Both the position numbers and the translations under genes were made by a program. A stretch of DNA of 63,985 bases, counting the filler, from a bacterium (lineage in GTDB: Bacteria > JALSQH01), in NCBI GenBank assembly GCA_027004335.1. It is 14 parts of 14 records of this genome, joined end to end, with 100 filler letters (N's around TTAATTAATTAA, not from the genome) between each part and the next. Parts side by side here need not be neighbours in the genome. Positions count along the whole stretch, not along the records: positions 50,426 to 53,894 come from JALTID010000118.1; positions 53,995 to 57,456 come from JALTID010000119.1; positions 57,557 to 61,008 come from JALTID010000121.1; positions 61,109 to 63,985 come from JALTID010000174.1; 10 more parts are not named here. The stretch is one strand, 5' to 3'. Shown here in pieces: positions 52,107-61,109 of the stretch. Within the stretch, counting starts at the first letter, position 1; each line of letters begins with the position of its first letter. The notes beneath the pieces were generated by a model that was not told the origin of the DNA, did not search any database, and saw only the letters and a list, made by a program, of their open reading frames with translations.

Positions 52107-53636
52107 CTATTTAGATAGATATTTACTTCTATTATCTATTATATGAGCAGCGGCCCATGTAGCAAGGGTCATGATGGTAATTTGAGGGTTTACCCCTATA
52201 GGAGTTGGAAACACACTGGCATCTGTTATAAAAAGATTCTCAATATCCCAGGATTCAAGCCACTGGTTCACAACTCCTGCTTCCTTTTTTCCTGACATCC
52301 TTGTTGTTCCCATCACATGAACAGTGAGGAGTTCCGTTTCCATTTTGGATATTTTTATTTCAAAAATTTTCTTAATTTCATCAGGCGAATAAATTTCTTT
52401 CAGGGGATCAAAAGGCAATATCACTTTCTTTGCACCAGCCGCAAAATATATCTCAGAAAGTATAGCAATCCCTCTTTTTATTTTATAGAAATCGTAATCA
52501 TTGATATCATAGACAGGAACAGCCATATCGCCGGGCAATGACTTTACAATGCCCGAGCCTGTATCTTCAATAAGTACGCCAGCAGTTACCATTTTGTTAT
52601 AATATTCCATTACCTTCAGGTTCTCATCTCCTTCATATGGCATCGACATTGAAATCATACCAGGGGGAACAAAAGTTGTTGATGCTATAATCCCCTCGTC
52701 CTGAAATTCCCTGAGCTGCCATCCCTGAATGGTTCCCTTCCAGCCATATACAGGGGAATCAAAGAGACCGACTGCTTTCGCATTTGGGTGAGTAAAAAGG
52801 TTCTTCCCCACCAGTTTACTTGAGCTTTTAAATTTGTTTTTAAGTAAAAAATGAGGAGTTTGAATGGCACCACCAGCAACAATCACAATTTTTGCATGAA
52901 CTGTAAGCTTAAACCTGGTTCTTTTGAATCTCTTAGTGAGAAATCTCCCGACAACACCAGTTGCTTTTCCATCTTTTATTAGTAACTTTTCCGCTCTAAC
53001 CCATGGATATATTTTTCCTCCATTTTCTTCCACAGATGGAATATAAGCAACAAGTGTGCTTTTTTTAGCATCAATAGGACAACCGAAAATGCAATTGTTT
53101 AACCCTCTACAACCCTTGATATTTCTCTTAGCAGGCTCAGTTCTATATCCAAGCTTATCAGCGCCTAATTTAATTAATCTTGAATCCATCCCAATAGTAT
53201 CATCTGGCTGTAATGAAACACTGGTTCTTTTTTCAACCCTCTCAAAGAACGGTTCAAGCTTTTCAGGGGTTATTTCATCAAGGGAAAATTCCCAATGCCA
53301 CCTTTTTAAAACTTTTTCAGGTGTTCTCCATGACATACCCCCATTAATCACAGTAGAGCCCCCAACACATCTACCTTCAGTAAAGATTATAGGAGGTTTC
53401 CCCTGAATAACACCTGTGCCGGCTTCACGGTATAGCTTCTGGATCATTTCAACAGGTTCGTATTTAAAATCTTTACTTGTAAAATATCCACCTTCCTCAA
53501 TAACAATAACTTTGAAGCCTGCTTCGGCAAGTTCCGCAGCAACTGTTCCTCCTCCTGCCCCTGAACCAATCACTACCACATCAGCGGAGTCTTCAACATT
53601 TTTTGTGGGTTCTACATATTTGCCATAATTACTCAT
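52107..53636 (-). CDS. GMC family oxidoreductase
   Basis: GSGAGG, GRCVGGSTVING, CRGLNNCIFGC, HVMGTTRM, DASVFPT..GVNPQITI; start ATG 53636. Confidence 0.93.
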   Translation of the reverse strand: MSNYGKYVEPTKNVEDSADVVVIGSGAGGGTVAAELAEAGFKVIVIEEGGYFTSKDFKYEPVEMIQKLYREAGTGVIQGKPPIIFTEGRCVGGSTVINGGMSWRTPEKVLKRWHWEFSLDEITPEKLEPFFERVEKRTSVSLQPDDTIGMDSRLIKLGADKLGYRTEPAKRNIKGCRGLNNCIFGCPIDAKKSTLVAYIPSVEENGGKIYPWVRAEKLLIKDGKATGVVGRFLTKRFKRTRFKLTVHAKIVIVAGGAIQTPHFLLKNKFKSSSKLVGKNLFTHPNAKAVGLFDSPVYGWKGTIQGWQLREFQDEGIIASTTFVPPGMISMSMPYEGDENLKVMEYYNKMVTAGVLIEDTGSGIVKSLPGDMAVPVYDINDYDFYKIKRGIAILSEIYFAAGAKKVILPFDPLKEIYSPDEIKKIFEIKISKMETELLTVHVMGTTRMSGKKEAGVVNQWLESWDIENLFITDASVFPTPIGVNPQITIMTLATWAAAHIIDNRSKYLSK

Positions 53637-53892
53637 TAACAACCTCCCGATGTTCTTCTTCCAGATAATAAGATGGATACTCTCCTGTTCTCTCTTTATG
53701 CCATTCTTCGGGATGATAATCAAGGTACTCCCACAATTCCCTGAGAGAAAAATATGTAATTAGAATTAAAACTTTTATGCCTTTTACCATAGTTCTAAAA
53801 AGGTATACCGGACTTTCTGCCCACCTCAAGTAGTAGTTCATTTTGAATTTATACTTTTTACATGCAGTAAAAGGTTTTTTAAGATAAAATAA
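53629..53892 (-). CDS. Probable GMC small partner subunit, C-terminal fragment
   Basis: Open to contig end: LFYLKKPF...YYLRWAES...RTMVKGIKVLILITYF...LDY; overlaps the GMC start. Confidence 0.55.
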   Translation of the reverse strand, partial: LFYLKKPFTACKKYKFKMNYYLRWAESPVYLFRTMVKGIKVLILITYFSLRELWEYLDYHPEEWHKERTGEYPSYYLEEEHREVVNE

Positions 53893-53996
53893 TGNNNNNN
53901 NNNNNNNNNNNNNNNNNNNNNNNNNNNNNNNNNNNNNNTTAATTAATTAANNNNNNNNNNNNNNNNNNNNNNNNNNNNNNNNNNNNNNNNNNNNAT

Positions 53997-55130
53997 TCAG
54001 GGGAGTGAGATCTTCCCGCAGATAACAGCTTTTTCAGCTCCTGTTACTGAAGGGATATTAATCGGTTCTTTTTTGAAAAAGGTTTCATGGGCAAAGTAAG
54101 CAAAAGCCATTGCTTCAACTGCCCTGGAATTTAAACCTGCGTCTTCCAGGGTCTTTACCTTTACATCTTTAAATTTTTCCCTGATGGAATTGAATAGTGT
54201 TTTGTTTTTTGTTCCACCACCACTGATAAATAAAGTGGATATCCGGGTCTCTGGGAATATAAAATTTTTATACGCTTCAAAGATTGAGGAAGCTGTAAAT
54301 TCCACAAGGGTTCGCAGAAGTTCTTCAGGGGGTATGCCGGCTGCTTTTCGTCTGATTTTTGTGTAAAACTTTTTTCCAAAAACTTTTCTTCCGGTGGATT
54401 TTGGTGGAGGAATTTGAAAATATGAATGTGAGAGGAGATATTTAAGAAGCCCTCCATCTATACTCCCTTTTGATGAAATTTCTCCATTGCGGTCAATTCC
54501 CTCGTTGAATAAGTCACTTACGGCAATATCAATTAAGGAATTCCCTGGGCCTGTGTCAAAGGCTATGACATCTTCTTTCTTACCTTCTACTGGAATTACT
54601 GTTATGTTTGAGATCCCTCCAATATTTAGAACAGCAACATTTTCTCCATAATCTTTAAAAAGGATATAATGGAAGTATGGTGTTAATGGTGCTCCCTCAC
54701 CGCCAGCAGCAATGTCATCAATTCTGAAATCTGAAACAACGGGGATGGATGTAATTTTTGCTATTACTGCTCCATCTCCTATCTGTAGTGTTGCTGATTT
54801 TCCTGTTATTTTTTTAGATCTGTGAAAAATGGTCTGGCCATGAGAACCTATGACTTTTATTCCTTCATAGGATAAATTGTTTTTTTCAATGAACTTGTTT
54901 ACGGAGTCACCGTAGAATTTTCCCAGTTCAATATTCAAATCAGCAATTTCTTCTAAAGTGGTTTCCAGTGAGTGGACTAGGTTGCTTATCCTCTTCTTGA
55001 TGTCTGCTGGATAGGCAACCGTTTCAAATTTAATAAGATCTATTGGAGGTGAAGAATTTTCATTGATCTCCACCAGGGCAATATCCAGTGCATCTGCTGA
55101 GGTACCAGACATAAGGCCTATTGCCCTCAT
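53997..55130 (-). CDS. anmK: Anhydro-N-acetylmuramic acid kinase
   Basis: GLMSGTSAD, GSHGQT, GGEGAPL, NIGGISN, FDTGPGN, PKSTGR. Confidence 0.96.
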   Translation of the reverse strand: MRAIGLMSGTSADALDIALVEINENSSPPIDLIKFETVAYPADIKKRISNLVHSLETTLEEIADLNIELGKFYGDSVNKFIEKNNLSYEGIKVIGSHGQTIFHRSKKITGKSATLQIGDGAVIAKITSIPVVSDFRIDDIAAGGEGAPLTPYFHYILFKDYGENVAVLNIGGISNITVIPVEGKKEDVIAFDTGPGNSLIDIAVSDLFNEGIDRNGEISSKGSIDGGLLKYLLSHSYFQIPPPKSTGRKVFGKKFYTKIRRKAAGIPPEELLRTLVEFTASSIFEAYKNFIFPETRISTLFISGGGTKNKTLFNSIREKFKDVKVKTLEDAGLNSRAVEAMAFAYFAHETFFKKEPINIPSVTGAEKAVICGKISLP

Positions 55131-56257
55131 TTTTCCTCCAGCAATTTCAATGTGGTTAAGGCAAGGGATTCAGCTGCTATCAATGTCTGGTTAAGGGCGA
55201 AATCAGTGAGAGTTGCTCTTGCAAAATCTTTTGTGTGTATGGGCGTGGGATTTTTTGTGATTTTTAATGTAGGCTGAATTGTTGGAATAATGTGACTTAA
55301 ATTACCAATATCGGATGACGCCCATCGCCCGCGTGGTTTTTCGTCAAGATCAATATCGGGGTCTACTTCAAGCAGGCTTTTTCTGAAAAGCTCTTCCAGA
55401 TCTTCCCATATTTTCATCTCTTTCAATTCAAAAGGAGAGAATTTGACTCTAACTTTTGTAAATGTTCCCTTTGCGGAAGCCTGGGCCATTATTTTAAATC
55501 TAATTTTTAGCTCCTGCAATTTTTCATGAGTCACAGCTCTCAGGTGGAATTTTCCTGAAGCTTTTTCAGGAATAAGATTTGGAAGTTTGCCTCCATCAGT
55601 TATAATCCCGCTTATTCTAAAATCGTTGCTGAGATGCTGCCTGTAAGCATTTATTTCGTTGAAGAGGCTGATCAGTCCATGGAGGGCATTGATGCCCTGG
55701 TCAGGGTAACTGGATGCGTGGGCACTTTTACCATAGAAAGTTACATCTGCTTCTGATAATGCAGTAAATTCTGGTCTGACCCTCGTCCTGTTGCCAGGGT
55801 GGAACATCATGGCGTAATTTATTGAATCAAAGATACCTGCTTTGATCATTGATATCTTTCCCTCACCGATTTCCTCTGCAGGCGTACCGATGACATATAC
55901 CTCACCTTTGCTGGCAATAGAAGAAGTTATTATCCCTGCAACTACTGATGCCGCAGAGATCAGGTTGTGACCACACCCATGTCCCACCTCTGGTAGGGCA
56001 TCATATTCTACAATAAAGGCTATTTTTTTGCCTGAGGAAATTTTTCTTTTAGCGATGAAGTGGGTTTTTAGTTTCCCTGCTTCAGGATGTGATATATTGA
56101 AGTTGTTTTTTTTTAAAATTTTCATTAAAAATTTGGAGCTTCTGAATTCGTGTAGAGATTCTTCATGGTACCTGTATAAGGTCTCTGCTATCTCCTTCAA
56201 AAGAGGAAATTTTTCCCTTCCCCTTCTTTTGACTACTTCTGCTACCTGGTTTTTCAT
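55127..56257 (-). CDS. M20 family metallopeptidase/amidohydrolase (PM20D2/AbgB-like)
   Basis: EYDALP, HGCGHN, GTPAEE, GKSAHA, SSDIGN. Confidence 0.9.
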   Translation of the reverse strand: MKNQVAEVVKRRGREKFPLLKEIAETLYRYHEESLHEFRSSKFLMKILKKNNFNISHPEAGKLKTHFIAKRKISSGKKIAFIVEYDALPEVGHGCGHNLISAASVVAGIITSSIASKGEVYVIGTPAEEIGEGKISMIKAGIFDSINYAMMFHPGNRTRVRPEFTALSEADVTFYGKSAHASSYPDQGINALHGLISLFNEINAYRQHLSNDFRISGIITDGGKLPNLIPEKASGKFHLRAVTHEKLQELKIRFKIMAQASAKGTFTKVRVKFSPFELKEMKIWEDLEELFRKSLLEVDPDIDLDEKPRGRWASSDIGNLSHIIPTIQPTLKITKNPTPIHTKDFARATLTDFALNQTLIAAESLALTTLKLLEEK

Positions 56258-56258
56258 T

Positions 56259-57092
56259 TTATTTTTTGAATCCAAATCTTTCTGTCTGATTTCTGGCTAT
56301 GAGATACTCTTTGACGACATTATAAAACATCTGGGGTAGATTTTTTTTCATCTTTTCAACTTTTTCTTTACCAATTAAGGGGAAACCGTGGCCAGGTATT
56401 AATATTTCAATCTCCAGTGGCAATAATTTTTCAAGGGATCTGAATAGATCAAAACAATTGGAACCCTGAGGACGAAGAGTCCCCGCTTTTATTATTTCAT
56501 CACCATTTTTCCTCTTAAATGCTACTATAAGATCTCCTACTACTGCAAGTTTTAGCTCTGGCTGATAAAAAGTGATTGAATCTGGAGAATGCCCAGGCGT
56601 TGGGATTATCTGGAACTTGTATCTTCCAATTTTTTCTTCACCCTCATCAATAAACTCAGTCTGGTAGTGGCGAAGGAGAGCGGGATCTATGTCAAAATAT
56701 GTTTTCATAACATCAAAAAAGTTTATATGTCCAGTAGTGAAGCCGGGATGATACTGAATAGCTTCATCTGTTATAGGGTAAGCATAAGCTTTGCCGAAAT
56801 ATTTCAAAACATTCATTATTGAGAAATGGTCAAAGTGCCTGTGGGTAAGGTAAATATTTCTAATATTCAGGCCTTCAAGGAATTTTCTTTTTTCCTCAAA
56901 CTGCTCATCATTCCTTCTGTAAAATCCAGGGTCAATTAGATCAACGAGGCTTCTATCTTCTGCTTCTGCAATCAGGGTATTACAATCGTAGATGTAATAA
57001 CCGTTGGGATTTACCGGAGAAAAAATTTTCTCACCGTGGAGAACCTTTATCCCTGGAGCTAATTCTGTTAACCTCTGTTCAATTTTCATCAT
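56259..57092 (-). CDS. MBL-fold metallo-hydrolase
   Basis: THRHFDH, TPGHS, GDL, PGHG. Confidence 0.9.
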   Translation of the reverse strand: MMKIEQRLTELAPGIKVLHGEKIFSPVNPNGYYIYDCNTLIAEAEDRSLVDLIDPGFYRRNDEQFEEKRKFLEGLNIRNIYLTHRHFDHFSIMNVLKYFGKAYAYPITDEAIQYHPGFTTGHINFFDVMKTYFDIDPALLRHYQTEFIDEGEEKIGRYKFQIIPTPGHSPDSITFYQPELKLAVVGDLIVAFKRKNGDEIIKAGTLRPQGSNCFDLFRSLEKLLPLEIEILIPGHGFPLIGKEKVEKMKKNLPQMFYNVVKEYLIARNQTERFGFKK

Positions 57093-57344
57093 TATTTCAT
57101 TTTACCTTAATTATTTTGCTTTTTCCAGAAAAATTGCAGATTGCACCTTAGTAAATCGGTAGAAAATTTTCTACCCCCCTGGAGAAAAAATTGGGGGTGA
57201 GAAAGAGGGGGTGGAGGGAGGTTGGGTAGGTTTTTATTAAAGGAAGACTAAAATAGGAATATAGGATTAAGAAAGTGTTGTTTAAATAAATTATTCCCTT
57301 TCTAACTCTACGTCTAATCTTGATTTAAATCCAGAAAATTCTCC

Positions 57345-57456
57345 ATAGTGCAAGCTAATTTTGTGTAAAATTTTTAACCTCCTGTAATCTGGAATATTTT
57401 TCTTCCTTTTTTATCAATGCTTCAATTATTCTATCCCAGTACTTCAATTTACGACG
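57345..57456 (-). mobile_element. Probable right end of an IS256-family element (transposase tail plus terminal repeat), cut by contig end
   Basis: Plus strand ATAGTGCAAGCTAATTTTGTGTAAAA resembles IS256-type ends; minus frame RRKLKYWDRIIEAL...NFTQN* runs into it. Confidence 0.5.
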
Positions 57457-57557
57457 NNNNNNNNNNNNNNNNNNNNNNNNNNNNNNNNNNNNNNNNNNNN
57501 TTAATTAATTAANNNNNNNNNNNNNNNNNNNNNNNNNNNNNNNNNNNNNNNNNNNNA

Positions 57558-58604
57558 AGAAGAGGGTTTATAGATGAATTGGAAGCCAAAAAATTAGTTG
57601 CCAAAGATGTCCGCTACAAAAGAAAACTAACCGAAGAGAAAAAAAAGAATGATATAAAATCAGGAAACAATTATATTGGTAACTCTGTGAGTAAGATACT
57701 ATATGAAGATGGGACATCATTTATAATTATTGATATTGAAAAACCCTCTGATCTTCCTCCAGACATTCCGTTTTATAAAGTTGATCTCACACAACCTGCT
57801 GCAGATGCTATCCTTGCAAATATCTTCAAAAGTGAAGAAATAAAAACTGTACTACACCTTGCATTTCTTGAAAATCCTACCCATAATCTCAGTTATCAGC
57901 ACGAATTAGAAGTAATTGGGACCCTATATCTGACCCATGCCTGTGCTGAGGCTGATGTGGAAAAAATCATCATGAAAAGTACAACGATGGTATATGGAGC
58001 CTATCCATCAAATCCTAATTTTCTGACAGAGGAGCAAAAGCCAAGGGAAAACCCAAGATATCCCTTTGTCAATGACAAATTAGAAGCAGAAACAATACTC
58101 CTCAATTTCAAGAAGAAACACTCAGAGGTTTCTCTCACAATTTTAAGGCTTGCAACAATAATCGGACCAGAACTAAATTATTTCATAACAAAAATATTAT
58201 CAAGATCAATGATCCCGGTTTTAATGGGCTACGATCCTCTCTACCAGATCCTTCATGAAAATGACGCAGTAGAAGCTTTCCTGGTAGCACTTCGCACCGA
58301 TGCAGAGGGAATTTTTAATATAGCAGACGAAGGTGTACTTCCCTTAACTACTATTTTGAAACTGCTGGGGAAGATACCTCTTCCCATAGCACACTCAATT
58401 TTATACCCGACACTTGACGCAATGTGGCTTGCAGGCGTTTCCCCTGTGCCAGGTGCACACCTGGATTATATAAGATATTTATGGGTAGCAGATACTCAAA
58501 AAGCCAAGGATATTTTGGGCTTCTGGGGTGAACATGACATAAAAAGTGCCATAGAAACCACATTCTCTGCGTGGAAAATAAGAAAAATGGGTTTTAAAGG
58601 ATGA
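57558..58604 (+). CDS. Atypical NAD-dependent epimerase/dehydratase (extended SDR); open from contig start
   Basis: SGNNYIG, VLHLAF, KSTTMVYGA.PSNPNFLTE, MGYDPLYQILHENDA, FNIA. Confidence 0.85.
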   Translation, partial: RRGFIDELEAKKLVAKDVRYKRKLTEEKKKNDIKSGNNYIGNSVSKILYEDGTSFIIIDIEKPSDLPPDIPFYKVDLTQPAADAILANIFKSEEIKTVLHLAFLENPTHNLSYQHELEVIGTLYLTHACAEADVEKIIMKSTTMVYGAYPSNPNFLTEEQKPRENPRYPFVNDKLEAETILLNFKKKHSEVSLTILRLATIIGPELNYFITKILSRSMIPVLMGYDPLYQILHENDAVEAFLVALRTDAEGIFNIADEGVLPLTTILKLLGKIPLPIAHSILYPTLDAMWLAGVSPVPGAHLDYIRYLWVADTQKAKDILGFWGEHDIKSAIETTFSAWKIRKMGFKG

Positions 58605-59362
58605 TTAGATTTGCACTAATTAATGAAAAAGGCGGTAGTGGAAAGACCACTCTGAATGTTAATCTGGCTTCCTACTTTGCTCTTTACAAGAATTCAAAAG
58701 TTCTCATCATTGATATGGACCCTCAGGGTCAATCGGGAAAATCTCTTGGTTTTAATGTAAGGGAACTTGAGCACACTATCTATGATGTTCTTACATGGGA
58801 AATTTCTCCCTCTCAAGCAATTTATAAAACAAGGATTGAAAATCTTGACCTTCTACCTTCTAATAAAAGATTGGTAAATTTTCCATATGATGTTAAAGAT
58901 GAATCTGATAGAGATATCCGGTTGAGAAAGGCATTAAAAAAACTTAAAGGCTATGATTTCGTTTTTATTGATTCACCTCCTTCTCTTGGAGTGATAAGTT
59001 TTAATGTTATGACTGCCTCAAATAAGATTATTATCCCAGTAAGTCTGAACTACCTTGCTCTTGACGGCACGGCTGAAATCATGGATACTGTTGAACAACT
59101 TAAGAAAACTAACCATCTGAGGGACATCTCCTTTTTTATGATAGTCCCAATGTTGTACAGGAGGACAAGACTTGCCAATGAGATCATAAATACCCTTGAA
59201 AAGCATTTCCCCAGGTTGTTATCCAGGAATAAGATCTCAATGGATGTAAAAATTGATGAGGCTCAGAGCCATGGGCTAACAATATGGGAATACGCACCAC
59301 GAAGCCGTGGAGCAAACATGATGAAAGAAATCGCAGAGGAAATATGGGAAAGACTCAGTTAA
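58601..59362 (+). CDS. ParA/Soj family ATPase (orphan)
   Basis: Deviant Walker A KGGSGKTT, DMDPQG, IDSPPSLG, EAQSHG. Confidence 0.95.
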   Translation: MIRFALINEKGGSGKTTLNVNLASYFALYKNSKVLIIDMDPQGQSGKSLGFNVRELEHTIYDVLTWEISPSQAIYKTRIENLDLLPSNKRLVNFPYDVKDESDRDIRLRKALKKLKGYDFVFIDSPPSLGVISFNVMTASNKIIIPVSLNYLALDGTAEIMDTVEQLKKTNHLRDISFFMIVPMLYRRTRLANEIINTLEKHFPRLLSRNKISMDVKIDEAQSHGLTIWEYAPRSRGANMMKEIAEEIWERLS

Positions 59363-60423
59363 AGGAAAAAAATCTTGAAGATATCCTCAACAGAAAACTA
59401 TCTGAAGTGATAGAAAATGTTGATGAAATTCTCCATAGAAGATCAGAAGACTTTAGATTAATTGAAAAAAATGTTGGGGAATTGGCAAAGGTTCTTGACC
59501 AGCTATCTACATATCAGCAGTTACAGAAAGAAATCCTATCTAGTCCCATGATCCTGCAATTAATTGAAGAGTGGAGATATTTTATCAGAAAAATTTCTCC
59601 TTTTGCCATTTTAAGGTTGCTGTTAGGAATGGGAAAAGAAGTCTCTCTTGAAGTGGATGAATTTGGTAAGGATGAAATTTTTATGGAAAAAATGCAACCT
59701 TTAATCAATTTTCTCTATGAAGACTACTGGAGAGTTGAAGTGGAAGGAGTGGAAAATTTACCCCAGGAAGGTCCTTTTCTACTTGTAGCAAATCATGCTG
59801 GGGTATTACCATTTGACGCATTTATGATCACAGAAGCAGTGAAAAGGAATCACCCCTTCGGCAAATTCCCCCGTTTCTTAATTGAAGAGTGGTTTCTTAC
59901 ACAACCATTTATTGGAATTATTCTTCAGAGGTATGGAATGGCAAGAGGAAGTCAGGATAATGCCCTCAGGCTCTTACAGAAAGGAGAAATTGTTGGTCTT
60001 TTCCCAGAAGGAAGGAAAGGTATTTTCAAAACCTACCCTGAAAAATATAAGCTTCAGAGATTTGGAAGAGGTGGGACTGTCAAGGTAGCCATTAAAGGGG
60101 GGACACCAGTAATACCGGTAGCGGTGGTGGGTTCTGAGGAAATATACCCCGTTCTATCGCACTGGGATTTTGCCGCAAGAATGGCCGGCCTACCCTTCTT
60201 CCCTGTGACACCCTTTTTTCCCTTCTTAGGACTATTTGGAATAATCCCACTCCCGGCAAAGTGGGTTATCAAGTTCGGTGAGGCTATCCCCTTACATGAA
60301 TTACCACTTGAAACAATTGAGAATGAAATTATTATCAATACCTTTAATGAAGAGTTACGGAGCACAATTCAGGAAATGATCTTTGAAATTCTGAAAAAGA
60401 GACGCTCTATTTTTTACGGGTAG
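59344..60423 (+). CDS. Lysophospholipid (PlsC-like) acyltransferase with N-terminal coiled-coil extension
   Basis: VDEFG, ANHAGVLPFD, FPEG, LQRFGRGG, PVAVVGSEE. Confidence 0.9.
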   Translation: MGKTQLKEKNLEDILNRKLSEVIENVDEILHRRSEDFRLIEKNVGELAKVLDQLSTYQQLQKEILSSPMILQLIEEWRYFIRKISPFAILRLLLGMGKEVSLEVDEFGKDEIFMEKMQPLINFLYEDYWRVEVEGVENLPQEGPFLLVANHAGVLPFDAFMITEAVKRNHPFGKFPRFLIEEWFLTQPFIGIILQRYGMARGSQDNALRLLQKGEIVGLFPEGRKGIFKTYPEKYKLQRFGRGGTVKVAIKGGTPVIPVAVVGSEEIYPVLSHWDFAARMAGLPFFPVTPFFPFLGLFGIIPLPAKWVIKFGEAIPLHELPLETIENEIIINTFNEELRSTIQEMIFEILKKRRSIFYG

Positions 60424-60994
60424 TTTTTCTTTTTCCACGACTTTCACTTTCCTTTAATTTTTGTTCCAGCTCAGCTATTTTTTTTTCAAGCGCCTCTACT
60501 TTCTGCTGAAGAGCCTCCACTTCCTTTGATTGAGAAGGAACAAGATAGAGTTTTTCCATAAACTCTCTGGTCTTCTGGTCAATTCTCTTTTGAAAATCTT
60601 CAATCATGTTCTGAATATTTAGAAGTAGATCCCCTATCCTTGCAACTCCATCATCTGAAGTATCCATTATTTTATCAGAGGTACCTTTTATACCTTGCAG
60701 AGAGGCCTGTGCTAGTTTTGTAAAAAACTGAGTAATAGATTCTTCACCACCCATTATTAGATTCTTAAGTACATTGAGGGGAAGCTTTGCCTTCCTTTTT
60801 TTCCCTTCCTCAAAGAAAAGCTGTGAAAGAACCAGAGGTGTGATATCATCACCTGTTTTGTTATCTATAACTTTTACATCATACCCACGCCTGATCATAT
60901 TGGCGATATCTTCCATGGTCACATAACAGCTATTCCAGGTATCATAAAATTTTCTATTGGGGTACCTCTTTATTAACCTTACCTCTTCCATCAC
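60407..60994 (-). CDS. PhaR-like polyhydroxyalkanoate synthesis regulator (DNA-binding domain plus coiled coil)
   Basis: IKRYPNRKFYDT..SCYVT...VIDNKTGDDIT..VLSQ. Confidence 0.9.
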   Translation of the reverse strand: MMEEVRLIKRYPNRKFYDTWNSCYVTMEDIANMIRRGYDVKVIDNKTGDDITPLVLSQLFFEEGKKRKAKLPLNVLKNLIMGGEESITQFFTKLAQASLQGIKGTSDKIMDTSDDGVARIGDLLLNIQNMIEDFQKRIDQKTREFMEKLYLVPSQSKEVEALQQKVEALEKKIAELEQKLKESESRGKRKTTRKK

Positions 60995-61109
60995 TTCCTC
61001 CTTATTCANNNNNNNNNNNNNNNNNNNNNNNNNNNNNNNNNNNNNNNNNNNNTTAATTAATTAANNNNNNNNNNNNNNNNNNNNNNNNNNNNNNNNNNNN
61101 NNNNNNNNG

